This document shows positions 27,928 through 39,359 of a stretch of 64,000 nucleotides of DNA, piece after piece. The number at the start of each line of letters is the position of its first letter. Positions within the stretch are counted from its first letter, which is position 1. Made by a program: the position numbers and the translations under genes. Under the pieces are notes generated by a model. It was given only the letters and a program-made list of their open reading frames with translations, did not search any database and was not told where the DNA came from. This DNA comes from Yuukianura sp. NJ FZ-2021 (lineage: Eukaryota), in NCBI GenBank assembly GCA_046563655.1, contig CM102288.1, positions 1,798,001 to 1,862,000 on the forward strand. The letters are read 5' to 3'.

Positions 27928-28296
27928 GAACCACTGCGGAGGAAGTAAGAAAACACTTAAAAATGAAATAATTACACTTCATTAATCCAGCATCCAATAA
28001 TTAACTAAGATATTTGCACCTAATTTCATGGATGATTGAACTCTATTTTTAATCTAGTATCTGTAGGATTCAGAACATAAAAGTGAAAACGTTCCTGGAA
28101 CGTTGCCACATGTGATAGGTCCAACAAAGCTATAATTTATAGGTTATAATTCATTTAAAGCCTATAAATGAATGTTGCATTTACAGACCTTACATGAATA
28201 AAAGCTTTAAAAATTGTTTTTAATCGGTAAAATTTAAACTGCCGTGGTATTAATCGATTTAAACTCTCGCGGTATTAATCGATTACCCCAACGTCG

Positions 28297-31034
28297 TCAC
28301 GATGTGACTTCCTCGACATGGCGAATTTCTGTTCCGTCGTATTCAAAGATCTCCACTACTGTCCCCGGCTTAAGTTGAAAACCTTCATAAACGGGGTCAA
28401 TTACTACACTGCTGGAAGGAATTTCATCAAATTCAAGGTCAACAGTTGACATGTCAATTTCTTGAATTTTTCCTTGGAGCTCGGAACTATTATGATCCGT
28501 AGGCTGCTCAATGTTGTGTACTTTTTGTAAGTGTCTAAAAATACAGCATTGCTTAATTTGAGTGTCCAAAAATATTATTGACCTTGATATGTGACATGTA
28601 CCTCATCTGATGATTTCGCCTGTAGAAAACTCTGTTGCAATATTGACAAGGGAACTTGATTTTCTTCGTATGGGCAGCATTTTGATGTAGGCTCAAATCG
28701 TATTTGTTTTTGTACGTTTTGGGACAAAGGTCACAAAACAGTCGAGGTCGCACTTTTATAGGCTTTGGTTCCTTCTTGACTTTGGTCATCTCTTCTACCT
28801 CATCTTTGTCAATGTTGTGTACTCTCATCATGTGCCTGAGAATGAAGGTCAAAGGTCAAGTTTTAAAACAGGTGAAGTAATATTCAGCTTCAGCATGAAA
28901 ATTAAAAAGGTTTACCTTTTGAGATGCGTTCGCGTATCGAAAACTCTGGAGCACACGACGCACGGATACTGCTTGTCTTTTGAATGGCACGAGTTTATGT
29001 GAACTTTGAGTCCACCTTTGTGCTTGTAACTTCTATTGCACGGTTCACAACGATAACGTCTTTCTTCCGTATGACTGATTTGATGTGTCTTGAGATTTGA
29101 AATCGCGCTGAACCTGGATTCGCATTCTGGGTAGTTGCAGAGGAACGGCTTGTCCAGGTCATGCGCATGGTCGATATGGGATTTCAGGGCAAACTCGGTT
29201 GAGAATCCCTGGAAATTAAACAAATTGTTAAACAGATTGAAAAATACGTTGAGTAAAAATGTTTTATATCTTACCCTGCCACATTGGTCACAACTGAACA
29301 GAATGTCATGTGTGGTAAGATGATGTTTGAAATTGTTTCTCAAAACACAGGCTCCACATTGGTCACAAATCACTTTTTCCGCTGTTCGTGGACGCCGCTG
29401 CACAACTGCGAGAATTAAGAAAACATTAGAACAGTTTACCATTTTAACTGAAAATGGCATATTCTTCTGTACTTTTCTTTTTCTTCGGAATCGGTGGCGG
29501 TAGAAGCGATGCTAAAAACAGAAACAAATCCAAGAAAAGTTGAAGTTATCAAAAACGAAACACAAATGACGTGATCTTGATCTTACTGTCTTTCGGAATG
29601 TCGATGTTCGTGTCGCGGCACTTGTGAATTTGCAGCAAATGCCTGTTAGGGAAATACGCCATAGTAAATTAAGTTCATCACTCGCCACTTTCATCAATAA
29701 AAAAAATCAGTTTTGTTCGGTTTTGAAAGTGTTCGGTACCTTTTGACATGGGTTTTGGTGTAAAACCGTTTTTCACACAAAACACATCCGTAAATCCTGA
29801 AAAAGTTGTTTTTACGATTAGTAATCCCAGATTACGCTTCTACCAGTTAATCGTTTTATTTAACAGTTAAAACTTACCGAAGTTGCTTATGAACTAGCAT
29901 GTGGATTCCAAGTCCTCCTTTGTGTTTATAAGATCGACCGCATACTGTACAGGAATACTTCCGAGTAGACTGATGAACTCTGGAGTGAATGTTAAGCTGT
30001 GTTTTAAATTTAAACCCGACTTCACATCCTGGAACTTCGCACTTGAACGGCCGATTCTCCGTATGCATTTTTGTGTGGTAATTTCTTTTGAATTCTGTTG
30101 GGAACTTCTGTAAATGTACGAAATAATCGTTCATAATTACTCGATTTTCCTATATTGACTAGAGTTAAAATGAGAATTTTACCTTGTTACAAAACTCACA
30201 AGTAAATTTCCAGTACCGAGATGAAATAAGAGACTTCTGTCGACGAGAACTGGGATTACGGATTCCCGACTGACTGGATCCAGGAACATCGTTTTCCACT
30301 CGTTGCTCTTCTTCAAATTCAGAGCTAGAACTTTCATTATGCTCATCCGTTTCGGTTTCGTCAGAATCTTCCTCCACTTTCAACTTCGAATGTTCAAACT
30401 TTGGATTCGGTTTACTCAAACGTCCGGAACGAGTCTTCACGATGTCTCTTTTGCTTTCAACTAAACAAGAGAACAAGAAATAAATCGTTTGGTAATGATG
30501 AAAGTATTATGCAGTTCGAGCGTATGCACGATTGATGATGCCCTTACGATCTTCAGATTTAACAGGAAACGTCCCAGTCCCAGTTACTCTTACTGTACTT
30601 CGCTTCCTCAAGGCCTCCCGTGGTGTACTTTCTGCAAATAGCTTCATGTCCCTCGGAGTAAGGTTTCTTCTAGTGTTCATCTTCTTGATTGATTTTAAAC
30701 TTAGTTCGTCCTGTTCCAGCAGGTCTAGAATATTTTCTTTTTCGCCATTTCCTACTGCAGCAGTACCTATGCAAAGAAATAAACACAATCATTCTCATTT
30801 ACAAGTGGTGTGCAATTTGTATGCAAGTTGATCTTTGTACCTGTACTTACCGAAACGATCCAGCAATATACTTTCGATTGCTAGTATTCTCTTAGTAAAA
30901 TTAGCCTGATACTCATTTAGTTTATGTTTCAACGATTCCAACTGAATCTGTAGGGCATTACAGTTGCATGATTTTTGTTCAGGCGTTGAATTTACTATTA
31001 GAATCTCGTTAGTATCCACACCAGTTTCTTCCAT
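28297..31034 (-). CDS. Multi-C2H2 zinc-finger transcription factor, multi-exon
   Basis: Many CxxC-x12-HxxxH fingers, e.g. CEVPGCEVGFKFKTQLNIHSRVH, CTVCGRSYKHKGGLGIHMLVH, CEPCNRSYKHKGGLKVHINSCH and CDLCPKTYKNKYDLSLHQNAAH. Confidence 0.9.
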
Positions 31035-31256
31035 GGACACTTTCTTTTTACAGTGATAATTAATTGAAAACTTAATTAACCCGTCTTAAAACTTAAAAAA
31101 TAAACAAACAACATTCAAAAATGAAAAAATTCACATCCAAAATATTTTGACAAACTTTTTTTTGTGAAGTTCGCGCCCTTCTGGTTCAAAGTTTGTAGTC
31201 TCGAAGTTAGTAACGAAAATGCGCCAAATTCAAAATTCAATTTACGTACACAAAGC

Positions 31257-32345
31257 ACAATGACAGCGCCGGCACTTTTTGACCTGTGACCTTGACCCGT
31301 GGTATTCAATCAGTAAATTTTAACTACGTAATCGATGAAACAAATTAAAACATCCTTTTTTATGATCGTTTCAACCTCAAAAGAAAGTAATTGCAGTAAA
31401 ATTAAAAAACAGAACTAACTACTGCTGCTATCGCTTCTGTCTGGACCGTTGACAATCTTGTCAGCATCCGGAAAGTACGGTCGGGGCGTAATTTTGTCGT
31501 CCTCGTCTTGTCCAGCCGAAGGGGGAAGTCGGTCTGGCTCTTGCTCGCTGCTACTGCTGGCATAATCATCCGAATCTTCCGACCTAGCTTGTCCATGCTC
31601 CGATTCCATTGCTTCTTCATTCGACTCGAACTGGATCGGTACAGTTTCATTGGAAATGGTGGCAGGATCAACTGGAGGTTGATCATCATCGTCATCCCCT
31701 GAATCTTGACTGTTCGGTTCCACTTGGGGCATTTTGTTCCTCGTCATTTTGAACTGCTGTCAGCGACGGTCGCTCTGAGCGTCAATGACAATTAATTTCA
31801 GTTGAACCAGTTCCGCTGACTTTTCGTACTTGATTAATTCTTTGGATTGACTTTGACAGGCGAGTTCAAGGTCAAAATTCTTGCTCACAAGAGCTACCCA
31901 TGAGTTTTGAAGTCTTTGCAATTCTTCACCCACCAACGTTCCTGGATCTCGCGTCTAAAGTAATTAAATTAAGTAAAATAAGCTCGTGCATGTTGCAACC
32001 ACATTCGTAAAAGTGTATTGCTTACTTGAGGTTTTGATGTAGCGTTTGAGCCTGTTTAACCATTCGATTTAGGACGTTGAGGTAGGATTTCCAGCCGTCC
32101 GCCCCACAATCCAGCATCAGTTCCAGATTAGCAATTCTGGAATTGAAAATTACGAAAATCATCTTTCATTAGTAAAAGTTGTTACACAGAATTACGTAAG
32201 CTCAAAATAGCATCTCGTAGCTTGGTGTTCGAGTTGTGCATAAGAATTGTCGAGACATTCTGACCAAACTATATCCATAAGCTTTCCAGGAGGAGGTGGA
32301 GGCAATTCATAACGTTTCATGCTCAGAGTTTCCATCGGAATACCA
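31257..32345 (-). pseudogene. Partial, frameshifted tandem duplicate of the BCAS2/SPF27 gene at 35495-36928
   Basis: Highly similar to ~35350-36545 including introns and 3' flank; lacks the 5' exons; a net 28-nt deletion near 31935-31945 shifts the frame and gives a TAG soon after; further deletions lie in the acidic tail. Confidence 0.85.
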
Positions 32346-32919
32346 CCGTTAACTCGTAAAAGCAATGTGGAATGTTAATTGAATTATCATATTTTGTTCA
32401 CCTCTGGATCACCTATGAAACAAACACAAGTATAGAAACATCTTCAGATTCTGGACATTGTGGGCACTGCGAAGGGCATTGAGAGGTCGATGCCCTCGTA
32501 GGTCCATACCCACCTCGGATATTCTTAGAAAAACTTAAAAATACTGTTCTTAGAACAGAAAAAGGGTGATGGACTTTGGCATTTGGCTAATAAAAGAAAT
32601 AAGGGGAGGCTTCGTATGAAAGGCTTCGTTGGAGAATGCAAAGCGTCAGTCCTTTTCCGAACTTCAAGGTCAATACGAGTCAGTCGACTAGAACTGTCCA
32701 CTGACTGCTGCAACTGACTGCACTGCAAGTCCAATTTGCAACTAATTACACGTAAGGTAGAATCATGGATTGTATGAACATTCATTACAAAATTAGATTA
32801 GCGAACTCCTTTACCTTATAACTGGAACGTCCTTCCAGAAGGAAGACGGAGTAGTGAAAAACTAGTTGTACTGGAAAGTCGTAATAAAATTCATAATAAG
32901 AGAACCTAACATAACTAAA

Positions 32920-33275
32920 ATGTCGGCAACAGGTTCCGGAAAGTACGGAAACTTAGCTCTGGACGCGTTGGAAACCATGACGGAGTCACTGACGATCAAT
33001 GAGCCGCCACAGGTAAGGAATCACTTTTCGTCCTTGGCCCCACTCTGTTTTTCCTGACCTTGGCCCTAACAACTTTTTCTCCTCTGGAATGTCACATTTC
33101 CCAACGTTCATCAGGAATTTCTGTTTAATTGTAGGAAGGATGGGTTAAGATGGGGAAGGACCCAATCAGCGAGAAAATCGAGGCCCTTGGTAAGGATATT
33201 GACAAGCTGCCACAGGATGAGAAGCGGAAAAAGATTGCTGAAGCCAAGAAGATGTTGGAGAAACTCGAGCAATAA
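32920..33275 (+). CDS. Small orphan protein, 77 aa, two exons (32920-33012, 33135-33275)
   Basis: aaaaATG start, CAG|gtaagg donor, ttgtag acceptor, phase-0 join, TAA followed by AATAAA at ~33308; charged helical C-terminus EKIEALGKDIDKLPQDEKRKKIAEAKKMLEKLEQ. Confidence 0.65.
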
Positions 33276-33365
33276 GCAATGGTCTATGAATCTAAATTCT
33301 GAGTAAGAATAAATAAAGGTTAATTGCGATATATTAATTAACAAAGTTGAAGTTGTAGAAACGAT

Positions 33366-33522
33366 TTGGCTGGAGTCTAGTTTTGTAGTCTGTTTTTCTT
33401 TCAGTCCATGAGTTAGGTTATCAAATCAGGAAGTGCACGACGCACTGTGCACCTTCAACACCTAACCTAACCTAACTTAGGGACTAAAAGAAAAACAGAC
33501 TACAAAACTAGACTCCAACCAA
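33366..33522. mobile_element. MITE-like element with ~42-bp terminal inverted repeats and internal TTAGG/CCTAA tracts
   Basis: ttggctggagtctagttttgtagtctgtttttctttcagtcc pairs with ggactaaaagaaaaacagactacaaaactagactccaaccaa (2 mismatches). Confidence 0.75.
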
Positions 33523-34794
33523 CTATTTTCGTACCATTTTTGAATTGGGATTGAGTCTGAGTGTAAAGTAATCTCCGTCATGAAGTCGTATATGACATAG
33601 TTTTGGTTGACTCCTTCCGGTGTGAGGCCAATTTCAACCAAAGTGCCATTGGCAGCTACTACTCCTGGTACTGGCGCAACAATGCTGAATACAGTTGATC
33701 AGAACGTGGCCATTTAGCTCTGATAGCTCCTAAAAAACTAAAAGTTAATCAAAAGTTAACGTTGATTGGCATTGATTAATGAATAACCTCTTTACCTCTT
33801 CATAAACGTTTTGATAATTTTGGTACTGCGGGACATTGTGGAAGTGGAACTTGGAGTTGCCCATTAGGGGAAGTGGGACAAAGTTCAGAATTGGGGATAG
33901 GTCGAGTGAGCAATCCATCTTCATGATGGTCAGCCCTCACCATTTGAGGATTCCACAGGGACGAGAATACGAGCCAAGGTTGAACAGTTCAACTTGAACT
34001 TAGGAACAACAATCAATCAATTGTTAAAATCCAGTTAAACAATTGAATGTTTTAACATACGAATTTCATTACCTTCTTTAGTTGATGGTCTGGCTGTCCA
34101 TGAAAAACAAAATTAACTGTGATTCGATTAATTAATCAATTTAATTACATGAATTTGAAATTTAATCCATCGATTTTTGTGTTTTCGTTTTGGCATTGGT
34201 TTGTTTGTTAGGAGACCCAACCAAGTTTTTCGCTCACTCACTCTCACTCAAACTAGGTTGGGCCGGGTTCCCCCTCATTTTACCTTAACACAGAGGAGAT
34301 AGGAATCCGGCGGATTCCGCCAGGTTTGAGCAGGGGCTTCTGTTGCAAAACGCGAATTATGAATGATATTGATGAATGTTTTTTTTTGTACTAATCGTCG
34401 TGAAAAAAGCTTAAGAACGATTATTATTTAATAAAAAAGATTTGAATTAATTATTAAAATGCAATTAACTTCACTAAATTTTAAACAAAAACGCAACTAG
34501 TAAAAGCAAAGTAAAAATAATGAATAAGCATTTAATGTAAAGAAAAGTCGACAACACGAAATTAATTAAAATTCATTCAACAGCGTTTCAGCAACTTTTT
34601 GCTTATAAAGCATAAAAATCAAAAACAGCAAAAAAACTATTTACAGCAAAAAGCAAAGCATCGACTTTTAAAAAGCGCTTTTTACGTAGCATGAGGGAAA
34701 ACGCACCAAAACTTTGTGGTCATGTCATATGTCAAGGTGGACACGAAGGGCAACAAAATGGCCACCGGTCATAACGGAAACTCATTACCATAAC

Positions 34795-35005
34795 AGTAGA
34801 TGGTAGGGTAGGGCTTTCACGCAAAACAAACTTTCGACCCATAACCTTTTGCAACCACTGCCGTTAACTTCTTAATTAACACTTCCTCATACACACAACA
34901 CCTAATAATCCTTAATAATTAGTCTTAAGGATTTCACACCAGTGGTTTCCAAAGCTTATGGATCCAAAGATTGTTTGGCGTGAAAGTACTACCCTACCAT
35001 CTACT
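34795..35005. mobile_element. MITE-like element with ~66-bp imperfect terminal inverted repeats
   Basis: agtagatggtagggtagggctttcacgcaaaacaaa...caaccactg pairs with cagtggttt...tgtttggcgtgaaagtactaccctaccatctact. Confidence 0.75.
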
Positions 35006-35494
35006 ACCATTACCCTACGACAGTACCATTAAGGCGAATTGCGATGGTTCATGTGGGGGTGAGTTGGGAGGAAAAGTGAAGGGAACTCGGACGGAGTATT
35101 GGTTTGTTTTTTACTAAAGTTCATAACTTCTTGTTTCGCCAGAATTTTCAAATTCGTTCCCACACTTTTATCTCACGCTCAAGAATAGATTCTGTCTAAT
35201 CCTCAGATAAAACTGAAACTTCTGACACAATTACCTCAGGATGAGACAACCATTGCACTTTTCCGTGAGACAAAAGCGCAGGAAACCTTTCGAAAAATTC
35301 ATATGCCAATATACTAATGAAAACAAAAATCCTCGTATGTCGGAAAGCACAATGACATTGGTAAGTGCCAGGTACTTTTTGACATGTGACCTTGACCCTT
35401 GTATTGAATCAGTAAATTTTAACGAACCATAAAATATCCTATTTAATTGTGTCAGCTTCAAAAGGAAGTAATTACAGTAGATTAGAAAAAACAG

Positions 35495-36928
35495 CTATTT
35501 ACTGCTGCTGTCGCTTCTGTCTGGATCGTTGACAATCTTGTCATCATCTGGAAAGTACGGATGGGGCCCAATTTCGTCGTCCTCGTCTTGTCCAGCCGAA
35601 GGTGGAGGTCGATCCGGCTCTTCCTCGCTGCTACTGCTGGCATCATCATCCGAATCTTCTGACCTAGTTTGTCCATGCTCCGATTCCATTGCTTCTTCAT
35701 TCGGCTCGAACTGAATTGGTACAGTTTCTTTGGAAATGGTGGCTGGATCAACCGGAGGTTGATCATCATCGTCATCCCCTGAATCTGGACTGTTCGGTTC
35801 CACTTGGGGCATTTCCTCATCACGGTGGTTCTGTTGCTCGTCATTTTGAACTGGTGGTTCAGTATTGTTGTCAGCGACGGAGTCCTCTTCATTCGGCTTT
35901 TGAAGGAAGAAGCGACGAACACGACGTCGAATCCTAGATCCACTTCGGTCGCTCTGTGCGTCACTGACAATGAATTTCAGTTGAGCCAGCTCTGCTGATT
36001 TTTCGTACTTGATTAATTCCTTGGATTGACAGGCGAGTTCAAGTTCAAAGTTCTTGCTCACAAGAGCTACCCACGAGTTTTGAAGTCTTTGTAATTCTTC
36101 GCCCGCTTTCAGTTGACCATTCTTTCGACTCCAATTCAGTTCTTGGATGTCGCGTCTAAAACAAAAGAACTACGAATCAGCTTCCGTATCTGGTAATTAC
36201 GTTTATTTAAGTAATATCGCTTACTTGAGATTTTGATGTAGCGCTTGAGCCTGTTTAACCATTCGATTCAGCACGTTGAGGTAGGACTTCCAGCCCTCCA
36301 CTCCACAATCTAGCATCAGTTCCAGATTAGCAATTCTGTAATTGAAAATTACGAAAATCATAACTTTCATGAGTAAAAGTTGTACTCAGAATTACGTAGG
36401 CTCGAAATAGCACCTTGTAGCTTGGTGTTCCAGTTGTGCATAAGAATTGTCGAGACATTCTGTCCAAGCAGTGATGTCCATAAGCTTTCCAGGCGGCGGC
36501 GGAGGTAACTCGTAACGTTTCATGCTCAGAGTTTCCATTGGAATACGCTGCCCAATTCGTTCATACTCGTTCTTCATTATTTCCGTCTAAACAAAAGGTC
36601 ATAAGGTTTACAGTTAATCAAACACAGATAAAAACGTTAAGCTTCACACTTACTTCGAACCGATGAAGCTCCAAAGGCGGAAGATGTTCCAAGTAATTCT
36701 TAATTGGTCTATATCTCCGTTTCTCTTCTTCGATCATCTCTGTCACCTACAAATCATTCATCGTTAAGTAAAATATCACATGTACTACATGAAGTATCGA
36801 TTCCTTACCATTTCCTTCATGCCGGGTTCATCGTATTCGCTGTCAATGTATGGCAAGGCATCAACAAGCACTGGCTCCCTATCTCTCGCAGTCTTTCTCG
36901 ATTCAGGACCTTCTGTAAGACTCAACAT
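35495..36928 (-). CDS. BCAS2: Pre-mRNA splicing factor SPF27/BCAS2 with long acidic C-terminal extension, multi-exon
   Basis: [81 protein letters not shown] and [15 protein letters not shown]. Confidence 0.93.
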
Positions 36929-37690
36929 TGTACTTTTTAATTAATTTATTCAATTAGTCCAACAATTTACAAAAAATCAGAATTCCAATTTATTCCAAAG
37001 AATTTTAGACACAAAACAAAATTCGCCAAATACCCGCGCCCACGCGCGTAAGATTTTTTTTCGCTTTCACTTCTCTCTTCTTGTTTTTTGAAAAAAAAAA
37101 CTTTCACCTTCAAGAAGTTTGACGGTAGATGCCACTGCATGTCTATGTTAAAAGCCTTACCCACGCTTCCGTTCCTTTTTAATGCTAAAAGTTAATTAAA
37201 TGTTAATTACAGTCGATATTATAATCAATTTATCGTAATTAAGTAATTATTGTTGTCACATGCCATGTTGGGTGACCTTTTATAAGCTACACTGGAACTG
37301 CGCATCACAATAGAAGATTGAAGCTTCATAAATCATAACAAGTTCCAAGTATTTTCATTGCGTGGAAAATAATTAACATTTTAAAACTAAAATTCATTCA
37401 TGTCTGGCAAATGTAAATAGAAAATGACTTTCAAAAATACAAATGGCAAAACTTGATTTAAAATTGAAATGATTTTGAAATCGATTTGATTCAAACTTTG
37501 TCGTTTTTATTCTTCGTATATTTTTTATTGTAAATCTTACGCGTGATCTCTTCATGTCAAACTCATGTTTACACAAACTGTGCATTTGTTTTTGACTTGC
37601 GTCATATTCATAAATTTTCAATTTTAAAATTTCAAAATTTTAAAATATTTTCACCGATGTGTCAACTACATAAAACTACAATTCTGTGGT

Positions 37691-37989
37691 AAAAGCTAAG
37701 CTAAAATAACTTACAGCGGGCTGGGAGACGATGATTATCACAGCAAACACAGACATTGGGGGAAACAAACAGAAAAATTACACAAATGAAGGGGAGAAAG
37801 TCTAAGCATTATCACAAAAAGCAAACCTAAGTTAAAGTTAAAGTTAAGATTAAGTTATTCTAAGATTGTACTTCACACTTTCAGAAAACATCGAAGAGGA
37901 AAAGCTTGAAAAATTTCGTTTTACATTTGATTGTCTAAAACAAGAAGTTTTTAAACAGAGAGTAAAATGGATTGACACTTTTTAAAGCT
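37691..37989 (-). promoter_or_regulatory. K boxes and Brd box in the 3' UTR of the E(spl) gene at 38166-38930
   Basis: Minus-strand CTGTGATA (37736-37743), TGTGATA (37810-37816), AGCTTTA (37983-37989) and an extra AGCTTT core at ~37692. Confidence 0.8.
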
Positions 37990-38165
37990 TACAGATTTTT
38001 AAGAAAAAAGTGTTTTTACAACAGCGAATTTTTAAAAATCCATTTTTTTCTGAAAGACAATTGGAAGTATAAGGGCCCTTAAGGTACTCAAGGCCTCTGA
38101 AGTCTTTAAGTTTACAAAGGTTAGGAAAAAGACTAACATAAAGTTTACTTTAACACTTTTGAATT

Positions 38166-38930
38166 TTACCACGGTCTCCACGGTGCCTTGTCCATGTCAC
38201 GGTCACCGTGCTGAAATGTGCTGTAGTTGTAAATGATTGATTCTTGTGGTGACGATGGTGGCGTGTACGGTCGGTAGCCAGAATCAACGGATCCAGAAGG
38301 TGACACACTGGAGTGCTGAATTGTCATGGCGGATGGTGATGATGGTGACGATGGTGATCGGTTGCCACAAGATGACATTTGGTTCAATGCAGTTCCAAGG
38401 TGAATCATCATGGAAGTGCCCACTTGAATGTCAATTGCTGGTGATTGGGCTGCCAGTGCTCGTGATACTTCTTGAGCACATTTTTCATATCCAGCTCTGA
38501 ACCGTTCGTCGTCTCCGATTGGTCGAGAGGCTTTGGCTTGTGCTTCCAGCTCGGCAGCATTTTGTTGTGACTGGAGTTTATGGAGATGTCGGACAGTGAG
38601 TTCCAAAATGTCGGCTTTTTCTAGTCTGGCGACATTTTCACCTTCCGCTTGTAGCCCGTTGATCAAAATGTCTTTGAGTTCATCCAGGCAGCGATTGATT
38701 CGAGCACGACGTTGTCGCTCTAGTAAAGGTTTGGTGACCTACAAACAAAAAAATTGCGACACTTAGACATTTTGTACTAAAATTTTTAGTTGAACTGTCC
38801 CTTTGGTATCTGAGTATGAAATTTTGAAATTTTTTGAAAAATTTACCTTTCTGTACTGCATTGTTCGTGAAATTGGTTCCGGACTTTGCTGCTGTCCGAA
38901 AGCTCTGGAGATATCGGTCAATGGAGCCAT
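38166..38930 (-). CDS. E(spl): Enhancer of split bHLH-Orange-WRPW repressor (bHLH2-like), 218 aa; exons 38930-38847 and 38738-38166
   Basis: [48 protein letters not shown]; Orange domain RFRAGYEKCAQEVSR; terminal WRPW*. Confidence 0.95.
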
Positions 38931-39207
38931 GACTTTTCTGGATACTGGAGACTTTTTGCTAAATGCTGGATACTGGATGCTGGATGCTGTTCAACACAAA
39001 GTTGATTTTTAGTAAAAGCACGTTGTGTACTTGGTTTAGTTTGAGTTAGCTGTGGATGTTGCTTGTTCGGAAGCTGGATTTGGATTGAAGTTGTGTTGGA
39101 GGGAGTTGGTGTTTTTAAGGGCGCGGGGCTCGTTCGGCGGGCGACTGACTTGAGGTTGTGAGTTGGAATCCTACTCGTGGTTTTTTGGTTGTGCGTGTGC
39201 GATGCCC

Positions 39208-39266
39208 AGGGCCCTTGGAGGAGTGCAGAGGGGGGCCCTTGGAGGAGTGCAGAGGGGCCCTTGGAG
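39208..39266. repeat. ~24-bp tandem repeat (2.5 copies) in the E(spl) promoter
   Basis: (g)ggcccttggaggagtgcagag units. Confidence 0.8.
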
Positions 39267-39315
39267 TGTGGATTCCTTTTGAAGGGTGCCAGGTGTTGAG
39301 CAGGGAAGGAAAAAC

Positions 39316-39359
39316 CGTGAGAACGAAACTGATTTTGTTAGCGGTGCACCGTTCCCACG
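39316..39359. promoter_or_regulatory. Head-to-head Su(H)/CSL site pair (28-bp spacer) upstream of the E(spl) gene
   Basis: CGTGAGAA-N28-TTCCCACG. Confidence 0.75.

Noticed and set aside
33540..34200. Possible small spliced gene on the minus strand
   Set aside because: Splice-like signals are present, but the frames do not join into a convincing protein
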